A DNA stretch of 64,000 bases from positions 78,392-142,391 of the forward strand of contig CAYTCJ010000001.1 in the NCBI GenBank assembly GCA_964436545.1, given 5' to 3'. Origin of the DNA: an uncultured Candidatus Saccharibacteria bacterium (GTDB taxonomy: Bacteria > Patescibacteriota > Doudnabacteria > UBA920). The notes under the pieces are model-generated. The model did no database searches. It was not told where the DNA came from and was given only the letters and a program-made list of their open reading frames with translations. The number at the start of each line of letters is the position of its first letter. The stretch's first letter is position 1. Position numbers and translations under genes: made by a program. Shown here piece by piece: positions 45,773-54,988 of the stretch.

Positions 45773-46615
45773 ATGAATTGCATTTACATCAGCGACACTC
45801 TGGGCGACGACAATGCCCGGGGTCGCATCACCACGCGTCTTTTGACGGGGATCGGCGAGTCTGTCTTCACCTCGGTCACCCCAATTGGGGTGGATAGCGA
45901 AGTAGAGGGGTTCGTTCAGTTGGTTGACCTGCTGGACGCAACCCGGGGGAACAAGGCGGTAATTCTGTTCAACGTCGCCCCTAGGGGCGTGAACAAGAAG
46001 CGACTGCCGAACGGTTCGCCGTTTGGACATCTGCGGGTGGGGAACGCGGATATTTTCCCGACTGTGGAGGGTCGGGTGCTTCCGCTCCTTCAAAATCTTT
46101 TGAACAGGCGCCTGCGGGTGCGAGTTCACGAGATTTGTCCAGAGGTGCTGGGGGCGGTCGGGATTCCGCGGTACCAGTGGAAGTACGTGACTTCCACGCA
46201 GTTCCGTTCCTACGAGTTCCTTCCTGACCTGGCCAATGCGGTCATGTCAGGTAAGGAAGTTCCGGGACGGGAAATGGCGGTGGCACGGATCCGTGGGGGC
46301 GGGGGTTTCGTCGGGATAGTGGACAAGTTCGGCAACATTAAAACAACGGCGTTGCCGAGCGACATCGGCTTTCGTCCCGGTCGCACGCTTGCCCTGGATC
46401 TTGGTGGCACAGAGGTTCGCCTCCCGTGCTACCCGAAACTCAAGGACGTCCCGTGTGGTACCCTCGCCGCGGTCGTGGGTTCGTCTGGCCTCTGGGTCGG
46501 GCGGGCGAACAAGCGGTTCGTTGAGATAGTTGTGCAGAAAGGGGACGCGTCGTCCCGTTTGTACGACCTCACCGGGGTCGCCGTGGCCCCGGGACTCAAA
46601 TTGCAGTTCGCGTAG
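45773..46615 (+). CDS. SAM hydroxide adenosyltransferase / SAM-halogenase superfamily (DUF62-like) protein, GC-rich
   Basis: N-terminal ISD, NVAPR, QFRSYEF, IVDKFGNIKT, VGSSG, FVEI; SD GGGAGG. Confidence 0.75.
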   Translation: MNCIYISDTLGDDNARGRITTRLLTGIGESVFTSVTPIGVDSEVEGFVQLVDLLDATRGNKAVILFNVAPRGVNKKRLPNGSPFGHLRVGNADIFPTVEGRVLPLLQNLLNRRLRVRVHEICPEVLGAVGIPRYQWKYVTSTQFRSYEFLPDLANAVMSGKEVPGREMAVARIRGGGGFVGIVDKFGNIKTTALPSDIGFRPGRTLALDLGGTEVRLPCYPKLKDVPCGTLAAVVGSSGLWVGRANKRFVEIVVQKGDASSRLYDLTGVAVAPGLKLQFA

Positions 46616-46625
46616 ATGCGCAAAA

Positions 46626-46662
46626 GCGGGCGGACCTTAACCAGTCTGCCCGCCGTTTTTAT
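46626..46662 (+). terminator. Intrinsic terminator
   Basis: GCGGGCGGAC/GTCTGCCCGC stem plus T tract. Confidence 0.75.
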
Positions 46663-46666
46663 TTAT

Positions 46667-46825
46667 TTAAATGTTTTTTGGTTTCGTAGGGTTTTTTGGT
46701 GTCGGCTTTTTATTATGTTTATAATCCCAATCAGTACCGCCTTCAAAGGGGTGTAATCCAGAAAGGACATCTTCGTAATGTGTTTCCTCTGGCTCTGGTA
46801 AATAGTTTTCTGTTTTTTTTGGCAT
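46667..46825 (-). CDS. 52-aa orphan ORF (MPKKTENYLPEPEETHYED...)
   Basis: Translated by hand; fills the gap downstream of ppcA. Confidence 0.4.
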   Translation of the reverse strand: MPKKTENYLPEPEETHYEDVLSGLHPFEGGTDWDYKHNKKPTPKNPTKPKNI

Positions 46826-46857
46826 AATTCTTAATTCACTATTCATAATTCTATCTT

Positions 46858-48378
46858 TTATCCCAAACTGTGCCTTAACACAGCTTGTTTTTCTATGAGT
46901 TTAGTTAATGATTTTTGAGTAAAAATTTGTTTATGGAGCTGGGCGGATAACTGTTGGTGGGCTTTGGCTTGTGGGGTTTGGGCGCTAAATTCGGTGAGTA
47001 AATAACTTTCTAAAGCCTGAACATCTTGCCAAACCTGTTTTAAACCCGGGAATTTTTTACTTAAAGCCAAAAGCCCCGGTTTGTACAGGAATTGACCGGC
47101 GAATAATAAATCTGTTTTTAAATTCAGATAAGTTTTTTCTAAAAGTTGAATTGTGCCATTATCTATGGCGGTTTTTATGCCTCTGCCGGTGCCAATTAAT
47201 TCCGGAGGCAAGCCTAAAGCATATAAACTGCCGGTAAAGCTAATGGCTCTGGGCAAGCGCACTTTGCCTGTGCCTCGACTATAACCAAACAAGCCAATAT
47301 GTTGAACTCTTTCCCGTCTTTTGGGAAAATGTAAAGCCACTTGATTAATGAGAGGAGCCAGGCTTTCTACGGTGGGTTGGTAAACAGCTTCAAAGGTTTG
47401 AGTAAGTTGGATTAAAGTTTGTTCTTCGGTTGGGCTTAGGGTTTTGGCTGAGTGTTTGGGGAAAGTTTCGTTAAAGTAAGTAAGCGCTTTTTTAACTTGC
47501 GCTTTGGGAAAATCGTAACGAAAAGCACTTTGGATGGTGGTGGTTTTTACGCCTCGGTATTCGGCACAAAAAGCTTCCGGTGAATTGGGGTTAAGTCCGC
47601 CTCGAAAGGGTAAAGTGCCGGCGCCAATAATTGGGTAGAGGGGCAAACGATGTTTTTTACTAAAGTGCAAATAGCGGGAAAAGGCAAGTTTTATGGCCAA
47701 AACTGTGGGGACCAAACCGGAGTTTAATGCCGGGTCGGAACGCGCCACAAAAGGCCTTAAATATTTGGGTCGGCTTTTAAATTTGTGTTCATAAAGCGCC
47801 AAATATTTTTCTAAAATTTTATGAGAATGAATAATGCTGTTAACGGTTTCAAACAAAGGAATGACTTCTAAAAACATTTCGCAATTTTCTTCCATGCGGT
47901 TAAGCGGGTGTCTTAAGCAAGCAATTTCTTTAAAAGCTTCTTGAATGGCAATTAACTCCTCGGCGGTTTCGGTCATGGGTAAAATTACTTCAAACAAAGG
48001 GGGGGCGTGAAGTTGGGTTTGGCGAGCTAGGCCGGTTGCCGTGAGTATGCCCATTAGCGCCCGAGACATTCGGAATTCGTGCTGAACTTTGGGGTTGGGC
48101 AAACGGAAAGTTAAAAATTTATTTTTGCCTAATTGATGAGTTTTAAAATAATCGTAATGATCGGCTAACATTCTTTCTACTACCGATTCATCGACTAATT
48201 TACCTTCCCAGTCCCACATGTATTCATCGGTATTTAAGTCTTTAAAACAGGTAAAGCTTTCTTGGGTTTCGTGGACAGCCGGAATAAACGCACTGTTTTT
48301 TTGCCAAAAAGGCACCGAGGCGTGGTCGGGGTGCTGAGTGGCCATACAGCTGGGGATTTTGCGGGGGGATTTTTTCAT
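46858..48378 (-). CDS. ppcA: Archaeal-type phosphoenolpyruvate carboxylase
   Basis: MATQHPD, MWDWEGK, EVIPLFE, ARSDPALNSG, PFRG, LPRAISF; ~500 aa. Confidence 0.93.
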   Translation of the reverse strand: MKKSPRKIPSCMATQHPDHASVPFWQKNSAFIPAVHETQESFTCFKDLNTDEYMWDWEGKLVDESVVERMLADHYDYFKTHQLGKNKFLTFRLPNPKVQHEFRMSRALMGILTATGLARQTQLHAPPLFEVILPMTETAEELIAIQEAFKEIACLRHPLNRMEENCEMFLEVIPLFETVNSIIHSHKILEKYLALYEHKFKSRPKYLRPFVARSDPALNSGLVPTVLAIKLAFSRYLHFSKKHRLPLYPIIGAGTLPFRGGLNPNSPEAFCAEYRGVKTTTIQSAFRYDFPKAQVKKALTYFNETFPKHSAKTLSPTEEQTLIQLTQTFEAVYQPTVESLAPLINQVALHFPKRRERVQHIGLFGYSRGTGKVRLPRAISFTGSLYALGLPPELIGTGRGIKTAIDNGTIQLLEKTYLNLKTDLLFAGQFLYKPGLLALSKKFPGLKQVWQDVQALESYLLTEFSAQTPQAKAHQQLSAQLHKQIFTQKSLTKLIEKQAVLRHSLG

Positions 48379-48477
48379 ACTCTTTCATTTTTTCACAATC
48401 TTTTGTTAATGTCAAAAATTTGGTATTATATGAAAAGGTTATAGGGGTTAGGTTTTAGTTGTCCATTTTTACCATAA

Positions 48478-48621
48478 GCTCGCAGAGCTAAGTTTATAAT
48501 TCTTTTAGCTTTGCTTGGTCTAATTCTTATAACACTTACCGGTGGGCTTGGCGGGGCAATGGTGTATGGTCCCAATGCCGACCCTTTCTTTAAACCAGTT
48601 TTTGAGTTGTTGATGCGGTAA
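48478..48621 (+). pseudogene. 3' remnant of a membrane-protein gene (DUF2231-like C-terminus)
   Basis: Frame reads ..LLALLGLILITLTGGLGGAMVYGPNADPFFKPVFELLMR*; in-frame stops directly upstream. Confidence 0.5.
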
Positions 48622-48632
48622 AAGTTTTTTAA

Positions 48633-49054
48633 CCCCTCCTGGAACAGGAGGGGGAGGGGGTGGTAGAATGAATTATCTTTATAACAATATTAAATTAAAA
48701 TTAGTTAGAAAGCACTTACGAAATAATTCCGGTTTGCCTGAGATTATTCTTTGGGAGCAATTAAGAGCAAGCAAGTTGGGAAAAAAATTTAGAAGACAAT
48801 ATGGTGTAGGTAAGTTTGTTCTCGATTTTTATTCTCCCCAAATTCGGTTGGGTATTGAATTAGACGGAGCTACGCATGATAACATAAAAAGTTTTGAGAA
48901 AGATATAATTAGGCAGAAATTTATTGAAAGCCAAAATATAAAAGTAATTAGATTCCAAAATAAAGATGTTTTAGAGAATTTAGAAGGGGTAATTAATGAA
49001 ATAAAAAAATATTTGTGATACCACCCCTTAGTCCCCTCCTATTTTAGGAGGGGA
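48633..49054. mobile_element. DUF559 gene bracketed by inverted hairpin repeats
   Basis: Left CCCCTCCT-N5-AGGAGGGG..GGGGTGGTA; right TACCACCCC..CCCCTCCT-N5-AGGAGGGG. Confidence 0.7.
48668..49018 (+). CDS. DUF559 (Vsr-like) endonuclease domain protein
   Basis: E.ILWEQLR, KFRRQ, VLDFY, IELDGATH, D..R, VIRF.N. Confidence 0.92.
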   Translation: MNYLYNNIKLKLVRKHLRNNSGLPEIILWEQLRASKLGKKFRRQYGVGKFVLDFYSPQIRLGIELDGATHDNIKSFEKDIIRQKFIESQNIKVIRFQNKDVLENLEGVINEIKKYL

Positions 49055-49065
49055 AAAAAGTATTT

Positions 49066-49139
49066 GCGGGATTCGTACAGTGGCAGTATGCGACCTTCCC
49101 AAGGTTGAGACGAGGGTTCGATTCCCTTATCCCGCTCCA
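49066..49139 (+). tRNA. tRNA-Gly(CCC)
   Basis: GCGGGAT acceptor stem, CGACC-TTCCCAA-GGTTG, GGTTCGATTCC, TCCA end. Confidence 0.95.
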
Positions 49140-49289
49140 AAAAGTAAAACTTGATAATATAAAAAGTCATTGAAAATTATATGGGGCAATGGCGCCAATT
49201 ATCGTTGAGAATGATTTAGGAAAAATTGTATAAAGTTTGTAAAATTACTCTATTTTATGTATAATTAAGGCAATTAAAGCCTTTTTTAT

Positions 49290-50585
49290 ATGACATCAAA
49301 AAATCTAAGTCTGGAAAGCTACAAGGGTACTCGGGATTTTTATCCCGCAGATCACTTTATTCAGGACTATATTTTTAGCGTTTGGCGCAAGGTGGCTAAA
49401 AAATACGGTTACGTGGAATACAGCGCTTCCATTTTAGAAGAAACCGAGTTATACAAGGCCAAAAGTGGCGATGAAATTATCAATGAACAAACCTATTCGT
49501 TTATGGACCGCGGGGGTCGGGAAGTTACGATTCGTCCGGAAATGACTCCTACGGTGGCGAGAATGGTGGCGCAAAAGCGCAAAGAGCTATCTTTACCTCT
49601 GCGGTGGTTTAGTATTCCCAATTTGTTTCGTTACGAAAAACCTCAACGAGGCAGACTTAGAGAACATTGGCAATTAAATGTCGATATGTTTGGCGTGGAA
49701 GGCAAAGACGCCGATGTGGAAATTGTGCGCTTAGCTTACGATATGATGAAAACTTTTGGCGCCAAAGATGAACAGTTTGTGATTCATTTAAACAGCCGAA
49801 AATTTCTGAATCATTTATTAATTGACTTTTTAAGGCTAAATGAAACGGAAAAGAAAAATACCGCTAAACTTTTAGACCGAATGCGTAAATTAAGTCCCAA
49901 AGAATTTGAGGAACAGGGTGAGGCAATTTTAGGTAACGCCAGATTTAAAGTTTTGCATAAAATTATTGGCACCAACGATTTAAACGATTTACCGGAAGAA
50001 ATTCAAGCTCATGAATCGGTAGGTGAATTAAAAGCCATTATGCAAGAGTTGAACTCCTTGGGTGTTAAAAATTTGGCTTTTGATATTGGTCTTGTTCGGG
50101 GTTTTGATTATTACACCGGCACGGTGTTTGAAATGTACGACACGAGTCCTTCTAACCCCAGAGCTTTGTTTGGGGGAGGTAGGTATGACGATTTAGTGAG
50201 TATATTTGGCGTGGAAAAAGTTAGTGGCATTGGGTTTGGGTGGGGTGATGTAACGACTCGTGACTTTTTGGAAACTTACAATTTATTGCCTAAGTACAAA
50301 ACGGAAGTGGATTTATACATTTGTCATTTGGAAGGGTTTAAAACTCCCTCAGTGACGTTGGCTGACGATTTAAGAAAATTAGGCTTAAATGTGGCAGTGG
50401 ATTTAACCGATAAAAAATTACCCGCGCAAATTAAATTTGCCGACCGAGAAGGGATAGGGTTTATTTTGGTAATTGGCGATGAAGAAGTGAAAAATAATAA
50501 ATATAAACTTAAAAATTTAAACTCCGGCGAAGAGCAGACTATGTTTAAAGAGTCGGTGGTGGAATTTATTAAAGCCCAAAAATAA
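49290..50585 (+). CDS. hisS: Histidine-tRNA ligase
   Basis: KGTRD, RPEMT, FRYEKPQRGRLREH, RGFDYYTG, GGGRYD. Confidence 0.97.
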   Translation: MTSKNLSLESYKGTRDFYPADHFIQDYIFSVWRKVAKKYGYVEYSASILEETELYKAKSGDEIINEQTYSFMDRGGREVTIRPEMTPTVARMVAQKRKELSLPLRWFSIPNLFRYEKPQRGRLREHWQLNVDMFGVEGKDADVEIVRLAYDMMKTFGAKDEQFVIHLNSRKFLNHLLIDFLRLNETEKKNTAKLLDRMRKLSPKEFEEQGEAILGNARFKVLHKIIGTNDLNDLPEEIQAHESVGELKAIMQELNSLGVKNLAFDIGLVRGFDYYTGTVFEMYDTSPSNPRALFGGGRYDDLVSIFGVEKVSGIGFGWGDVTTRDFLETYNLLPKYKTEVDLYICHLEGFKTPSVTLADDLRKLGLNVAVDLTDKKLPAQIKFADREGIGFILVIGDEEVKNNKYKLKNLNSGEEQTMFKESVVEFIKAQK

Positions 50586-50620
50586 ATTTACTCTTAGAGA
50601 ATATTGAAAATGGAAATTTT

Positions 50621-51049
50621 ATGGAATTGCAAGTCGGAGTAAAAATTTTACTGCAAAATTCGGAAGGAAAATTTTTGGTATTATTAAGAAACCCCCAAAC
50701 CTACCCGGATGCCGGAGAGACTTGGGATATTCCAGGTGGGCGGATTTTGCCCGGAGTGAGTTTGTTAGATAATTTAAAGCGAGAAATTCAGGAAGAAACT
50801 CAATTAGACTATACAGAAGAGCCGAAATTAATTTCCGCTCAAGATATATTTGCTCACAAATCCACAGACAAAAATCTTCACCAGCTAGCCGAACGACATG
50901 TGGTGCGGTTAACTTATTTGGGCATTATAACCGGCGAACCCGCTATTAACCGGCAAGAGCATTTGCAGTATAAATGGTTAAGTTTAGCGGAAATAAAAAA
51001 ACTTCCCAATTTGGATAAATATTTAAAAGCAATAATAGAAAAATTATAA
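50621..51049 (+). CDS. NUDIX hydrolase
   Basis: PGGR....LKREIQEET Nudix box. Confidence 0.9.
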   Translation: MELQVGVKILLQNSEGKFLVLLRNPQTYPDAGETWDIPGGRILPGVSLLDNLKREIQEETQLDYTEEPKLISAQDIFAHKSTDKNLHQLAERHVVRLTYLGIITGEPAINRQEHLQYKWLSLAEIKKLPNLDKYLKAIIEKL

Positions 51050-51051
51050 AA

Positions 51052-51897
51052 ATGGAAAAAAGAATTGGTTTACCAAAGGATCGGATTAGGGAGTTAAGGT
51101 CAAGCTTGCATCATTATGAACAAGTACAAGCAGGAAAAGTAAGGGAATCTCATGGTATTGATACCCGAACCAATGCTAAGAGTGTAGTAGACTTTTCAGA
51201 TAGGAGTTCCTGGAATAGGTTTGATGAAAATCAAACTGAAATTTCTAAAGATTTTAAAGGAGTTTTAGGGGAAAGTTTAGATATTAACGAATTTTTATTT
51301 TTTAGATTTCCTGGTAGGGAAGATTTGGTTTTGATTGAGGTGGGTGGACCCGGGTATGGTTTAAGGGCTAGTATGCCACAGGTGGCAAGGTCTTATGCTA
51401 TTTGTTTGGAGGATAAAGATATTTACAATTATAGTAGTAAAATTTTAGATCCAACATCGCACACAGTAGTTTCCAGAGTAAGTGTAAATAATCAACAAGT
51501 GCCAGCAGATTTAACACAACCGGAAACTTTTAGAGAATTAAGTAGAGTAATGTCAGGTACCAAGGCAGATGTGTTAATTGAACGAATGTATCGGGGTTGG
51601 AAATACATTTATCAAAAGCCAGAAGTATTATTCCATATATTAAATAAATATTATAAGTTAATGTCTGATAATTCAGTAATGTTTATTCAATTAATATACA
51701 AACATCCAACTGATATGGAAAAATTTAGTGAGTTTATTAATCAAGTAAATTTAAAATTTTTAGGTAAATTAAAAATTAAATTTATAAAACTTTCTGGAAT
51801 GAATTATCACTATACACTTTTAATAGAAAAATTTCCTGGTTGTCCTAAGGAGTTGACCTCGCTCAGACAAAATAAAACTTACCAGCATGAACATTAG
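51052..51897 (+). CDS. Hypothetical protein, possible class I SAM-methyltransferase fold
   Basis: LIEVGGPG motif-I-like segment; low GC; fits the operon. Confidence 0.55.
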   Translation: MEKRIGLPKDRIRELRSSLHHYEQVQAGKVRESHGIDTRTNAKSVVDFSDRSSWNRFDENQTEISKDFKGVLGESLDINEFLFFRFPGREDLVLIEVGGPGYGLRASMPQVARSYAICLEDKDIYNYSSKILDPTSHTVVSRVSVNNQQVPADLTQPETFRELSRVMSGTKADVLIERMYRGWKYIYQKPEVLFHILNKYYKLMSDNSVMFIQLIYKHPTDMEKFSEFINQVNLKFLGKLKIKFIKLSGMNYHYTLLIEKFPGCPKELTSLRQNKTYQHEH

Positions 51898-52435
51898 TCG
51901 TGAAATTGCAAACAATTTAATGTGTGAGTGGGTAAAGTCCGAAAGTCTTAGAAACCATATGTATAGTGTGGAAAAAGCTATGCGGGCTTACGCTAAAAAA
52001 TATGGTGGCAATGAGGAAATATGGGGCATGGCCGGATTACTTCACGATTTTGATTATGAAAAGTTTCCTGAAGTGAATGCAGAAAAACAGACGGGACATC
52101 CGTTTGAAGGCGTTCGGCATTTGCAAAGTTTAGGCTACCCGGACGAAATTATTCAAGCCATTTTAGGCCACGCACTATATAGCGGAGTGCCCAGAACCAC
52201 CCCCATGGCCAAGTGTTTATTTGCCGTAGATGAGTTATGCGGGTTTGTGGTGGCGGTTTCTAAAATGAAACCCGATGGGTTAAATAGTTTGGAAGCTAGG
52301 TCAGTTAAGAAGAAGTTAAAAGATAAAGGTTTTGCCGCTAAAGTCAGCCGAGCAGATATTGCTTTAGGGATAGCGGAGTTAGGTGTAAGTGAAGATGAGC
52401 ATATAGATTTTGTGATAAAAGCCCTAAGAGATTAA
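51887..52435 (+). CDS. HD-domain phosphohydrolase
   Basis: H..GLLHDFDYE..HP..GH..DE. Confidence 0.9.
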   Translation: MNISREIANNLMCEWVKSESLRNHMYSVEKAMRAYAKKYGGNEEIWGMAGLLHDFDYEKFPEVNAEKQTGHPFEGVRHLQSLGYPDEIIQAILGHALYSGVPRTTPMAKCLFAVDELCGFVVAVSKMKPDGLNSLEARSVKKKLKDKGFAAKVSRADIALGIAELGVSEDEHIDFVIKALRD

Positions 52436-52463
52436 TTTGTTGTAATTAGGAGATATAAACAGA

Positions 52464-53324
52464 ATGAAAAAAATAATCAGTATTTTAATTATAGTAGTGT
52501 TAGGTTTATGGGCTTTTGAATTTTATTCCAACCACACTGCCAAAATTAAACAATGGACAAAAAGTTTAAAACAAGGCGAGGTGATTGAAAATTTACACAC
52601 GGAAATTTTTACCCCCGGGGGACTTAGAGCTAAATTTGAATCCGTCAACGCTAAGTTAACTTTAAAAGGTGTTATTGAACAGACCAATCAGGAACGGGTG
52701 CAGTACGGTAAGACAATCTTGCAGGAAAATGAAGAATTAAACCAAATGGCTTTACTAAAGGTGCAGGATATGTTTGCCAATCAATATTTTGAACACCTTT
52801 CGCCTTTAGGCAAAGGTCCGGCAGATTTGGCAAAACAGATTGGTTATGCTTATATTAGTGTGGGGGAAAATTTAGCTTTAGGAAATTATAAAGATGATGC
52901 AGAGTTGGTTGACGCTTGGATGAACAGTCCGGGGCATAGAGCCAATATTTTAAATGGGAAATTTACAGAAATTGGCGTGGCGGTAATGAAGGGTAAGTTT
53001 GAGGGTAAAACCACTTGGCTTGCTGTGCAAGAGTTTGGTCGGCCCACTACCGAATGTCCCAAGGTGGATGAATTTTTAAAAGCTCAAATCGATGCCAATA
53101 CGGTGGAAATTAATACTTTAGAAAAGCAAATTAATCAACTTAAGTTGGAAATTGAATCTGCTACTGAGCCCAAAAGTAAGAGCGAATTAGAAATTTATAA
53201 CAAACAGGTAGAGGCCTATAATGCGCTTATAAAAGTCTTTAATAATCGAATTGATCAGCAAAAAGAGGTGGTGTTTAGGTTTAATTCTCAGGTTAAGGCC
53301 TTTAATGCGTGTATTGGAGAATAG
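52464..53324 (+). CDS. CAP/SCP domain secreted protein with coiled-coil tail
   Basis: YFEH, GENLA, WMNSPGHRANIL, VQEFG. Confidence 0.9.
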   Translation: MKKIISILIIVVLGLWAFEFYSNHTAKIKQWTKSLKQGEVIENLHTEIFTPGGLRAKFESVNAKLTLKGVIEQTNQERVQYGKTILQENEELNQMALLKVQDMFANQYFEHLSPLGKGPADLAKQIGYAYISVGENLALGNYKDDAELVDAWMNSPGHRANILNGKFTEIGVAVMKGKFEGKTTWLAVQEFGRPTTECPKVDEFLKAQIDANTVEINTLEKQINQLKLEIESATEPKSKSELEIYNKQVEAYNALIKVFNNRIDQQKEVVFRFNSQVKAFNACIGE

Positions 53325-53377
53325 TGAAAATTTAAACAATTTGTTATAATAATTTAAAGAACATTAATTGAAAATAT

Positions 53378-54541
53378 ATGAACAAAAAATTTGTAGTTTT
53401 GGGATTAATGTCGGTTTTTTTGTTGGCTCCCAGCACACAAGCAGCGGAGTTTTTGGCACCCAAGTCAAACGAGGATCCCAATGTTACTGTATCAGCCTCG
53501 GAAAGTAGAAAAAATTTATATGCTGTGGGCGCCAATGTAACTGCCAATGGTGTCATTCAAGGGGATTTAATGACAGCCGGAGGTATGGTTACCGTTATTG
53601 GTGATGTAGAAGAAGATTTAAACGTGGCGGGCGGATCTTTGGCTTTAAGTGGAAAAGTAGGGGGTGATGCTCGAGTCGTGGGTGGAAATTTAACCATTTC
53701 CGGACCCATTGCCGGAGATTTATTAGTTGCCGGAGGCAACATTAGCTTAACCGAAAAAGCCAGCGTAGGCGGAGATTTAATTTTAGCCGGCGGAAATGCA
53801 ATTTTAGATGCGCCGGTGGCTGGGGATGTGCGGGTTATGGCCGGAAACTTAACTATTAATAATAAAATCAGTAAAGCAGTCAAAGTGAGGATTGCCGGGG
53901 ACCGAAAAAACGAAGGTAATTTGGTTTTTGGACCCAAGGCCGAGGTAATGGGTAAAATTCAGTATAAGGGAGTTAAGCCCGCTGTGGTAAAAGAAGGGGC
54001 AAAAGTTACGGACATAGAATATACCCCAATAGTTAAAGTTAATCATCGAGCTTGGTTAGGTATGGGAGTGGTGGTTAAGTTTTTGGCGATTTTATTGACC
54101 GTGTGGGTGTTAGTAAGATGGCAGAAGGAAAAATATCAACAATTGGCAACCGGAGTTATGGAAAAGTTTTGGGAAAATTTGGGCATTGGTTTAGTGGGTG
54201 TAATTGTCACACCAATTATTGGCATACTGTTATTAGTAACTTTTGTTGGGTTTTATATTGGGATTATTTTATTACTCTGGTATGTGTTAGTATTATTAAT
54301 GGCTTATTTACTCGCTGTGATGGTTTTGGGTTTGTGGTTAATGAAGACTTTAAAAGTCAGAGCCGATTATGCCATATTAGATTGGAAGACGGCTGTGTTT
54401 GGTTCGGTCGGAATGTTGGTTTTAGGTTTTATTCCGGTGGTAGGTTGGTTGGTTTGTTTGGTAATCTTTTTAGCTTCTGTGGGTGGAATTCTAAAAGTCG
54501 GAAAACAAAAGTGGGGAATGAAAAATATATCGAACATTTAA
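53378..54541 (+). CDS. Beta-helix (bactofilin-like repeat) membrane protein
   Basis: Signal peptide, GDL.VAGG repeats, C-terminal TM bundle. Confidence 0.8.
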   Translation: MNKKFVVLGLMSVFLLAPSTQAAEFLAPKSNEDPNVTVSASESRKNLYAVGANVTANGVIQGDLMTAGGMVTVIGDVEEDLNVAGGSLALSGKVGGDARVVGGNLTISGPIAGDLLVAGGNISLTEKASVGGDLILAGGNAILDAPVAGDVRVMAGNLTINNKISKAVKVRIAGDRKNEGNLVFGPKAEVMGKIQYKGVKPAVVKEGAKVTDIEYTPIVKVNHRAWLGMGVVVKFLAILLTVWVLVRWQKEKYQQLATGVMEKFWENLGIGLVGVIVTPIIGILLLVTFVGFYIGIILLLWYVLVLLMAYLLAVMVLGLWLMKTLKVRADYAILDWKTAVFGSVGMLVLGFIPVVGWLVCLVIFLASVGGILKVGKQKWGMKNISNI

Positions 54542-54559
54542 CATTTAATATCTATAATT

Positions 54560-54841
54560 ATGGGAATTTTTGACAAACTTAAAGACATTAATGAAATGCG
54601 CAAGGAAGCCAAAGTGATTCAAGCGCAAATGGCTACTGTGGTAATTTGTGGGGCTTCTTCTGGGAGTAAAATCAAATTGTCTATGGATGGTAACTTTGAA
54701 GTTAAATCCGTAGAGGTGGATGCTTCTGTAGTCGGTGATAAAAGCGAAGTGGCGAGACACATTCGCTCGGCTTTGGAAGATTTGTTTAAAGATTATAAAA
54801 AACAAATGCAAAAGAAGTTTGGACAGTCATTAATGGGATAA
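54560..54841 (+). CDS. YbaB/EbfC nucleoid-associated protein
   Basis: Helix-(G.S..IKLSMDG..VKSVEVD)-helix pattern. Confidence 0.75.
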   Translation: MGIFDKLKDINEMRKEAKVIQAQMATVVICGASSGSKIKLSMDGNFEVKSVEVDASVVGDKSEVARHIRSALEDLFKDYKKQMQKKFGQSLMG

Positions 54842-54919
54842 TGCGATGCACATATATGTATTGAATTATGAATCAAGAATTATGAATTATGAGGTAAGAG
54901 TAAAGAATTATGAAGTATG

Positions 54920-54957
54920 TCCCGCAGAGCGGGATCCCTGCCTTGTCGGCAGACAGG
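54920..54957. repeat. Adjacent mini-palindromes TCCCGCAGAGCGGGA and CCTGCCTTGTCGGCAGACAGG
   Basis: Related to 31789-31805 and 14081-14100. Confidence 0.65.
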
Positions 54958-54988
54958 CGTCTTTGGTGGAAATTATAAAGTAAGAACA

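Noticed and set aside
45773-46615. Specific fluorinase or chlorinase call
   Set aside because: Only superfamily-level motifs are recognisable; specificity cannot be read by eye.
54917-54988. N-terminal extensions in the ORF track (also starts at 57340, 45731, 41432, 39965, 45027)
   Set aside because: They run through repeats, promoters or neighbouring genes; downstream ATGs fit the families better.
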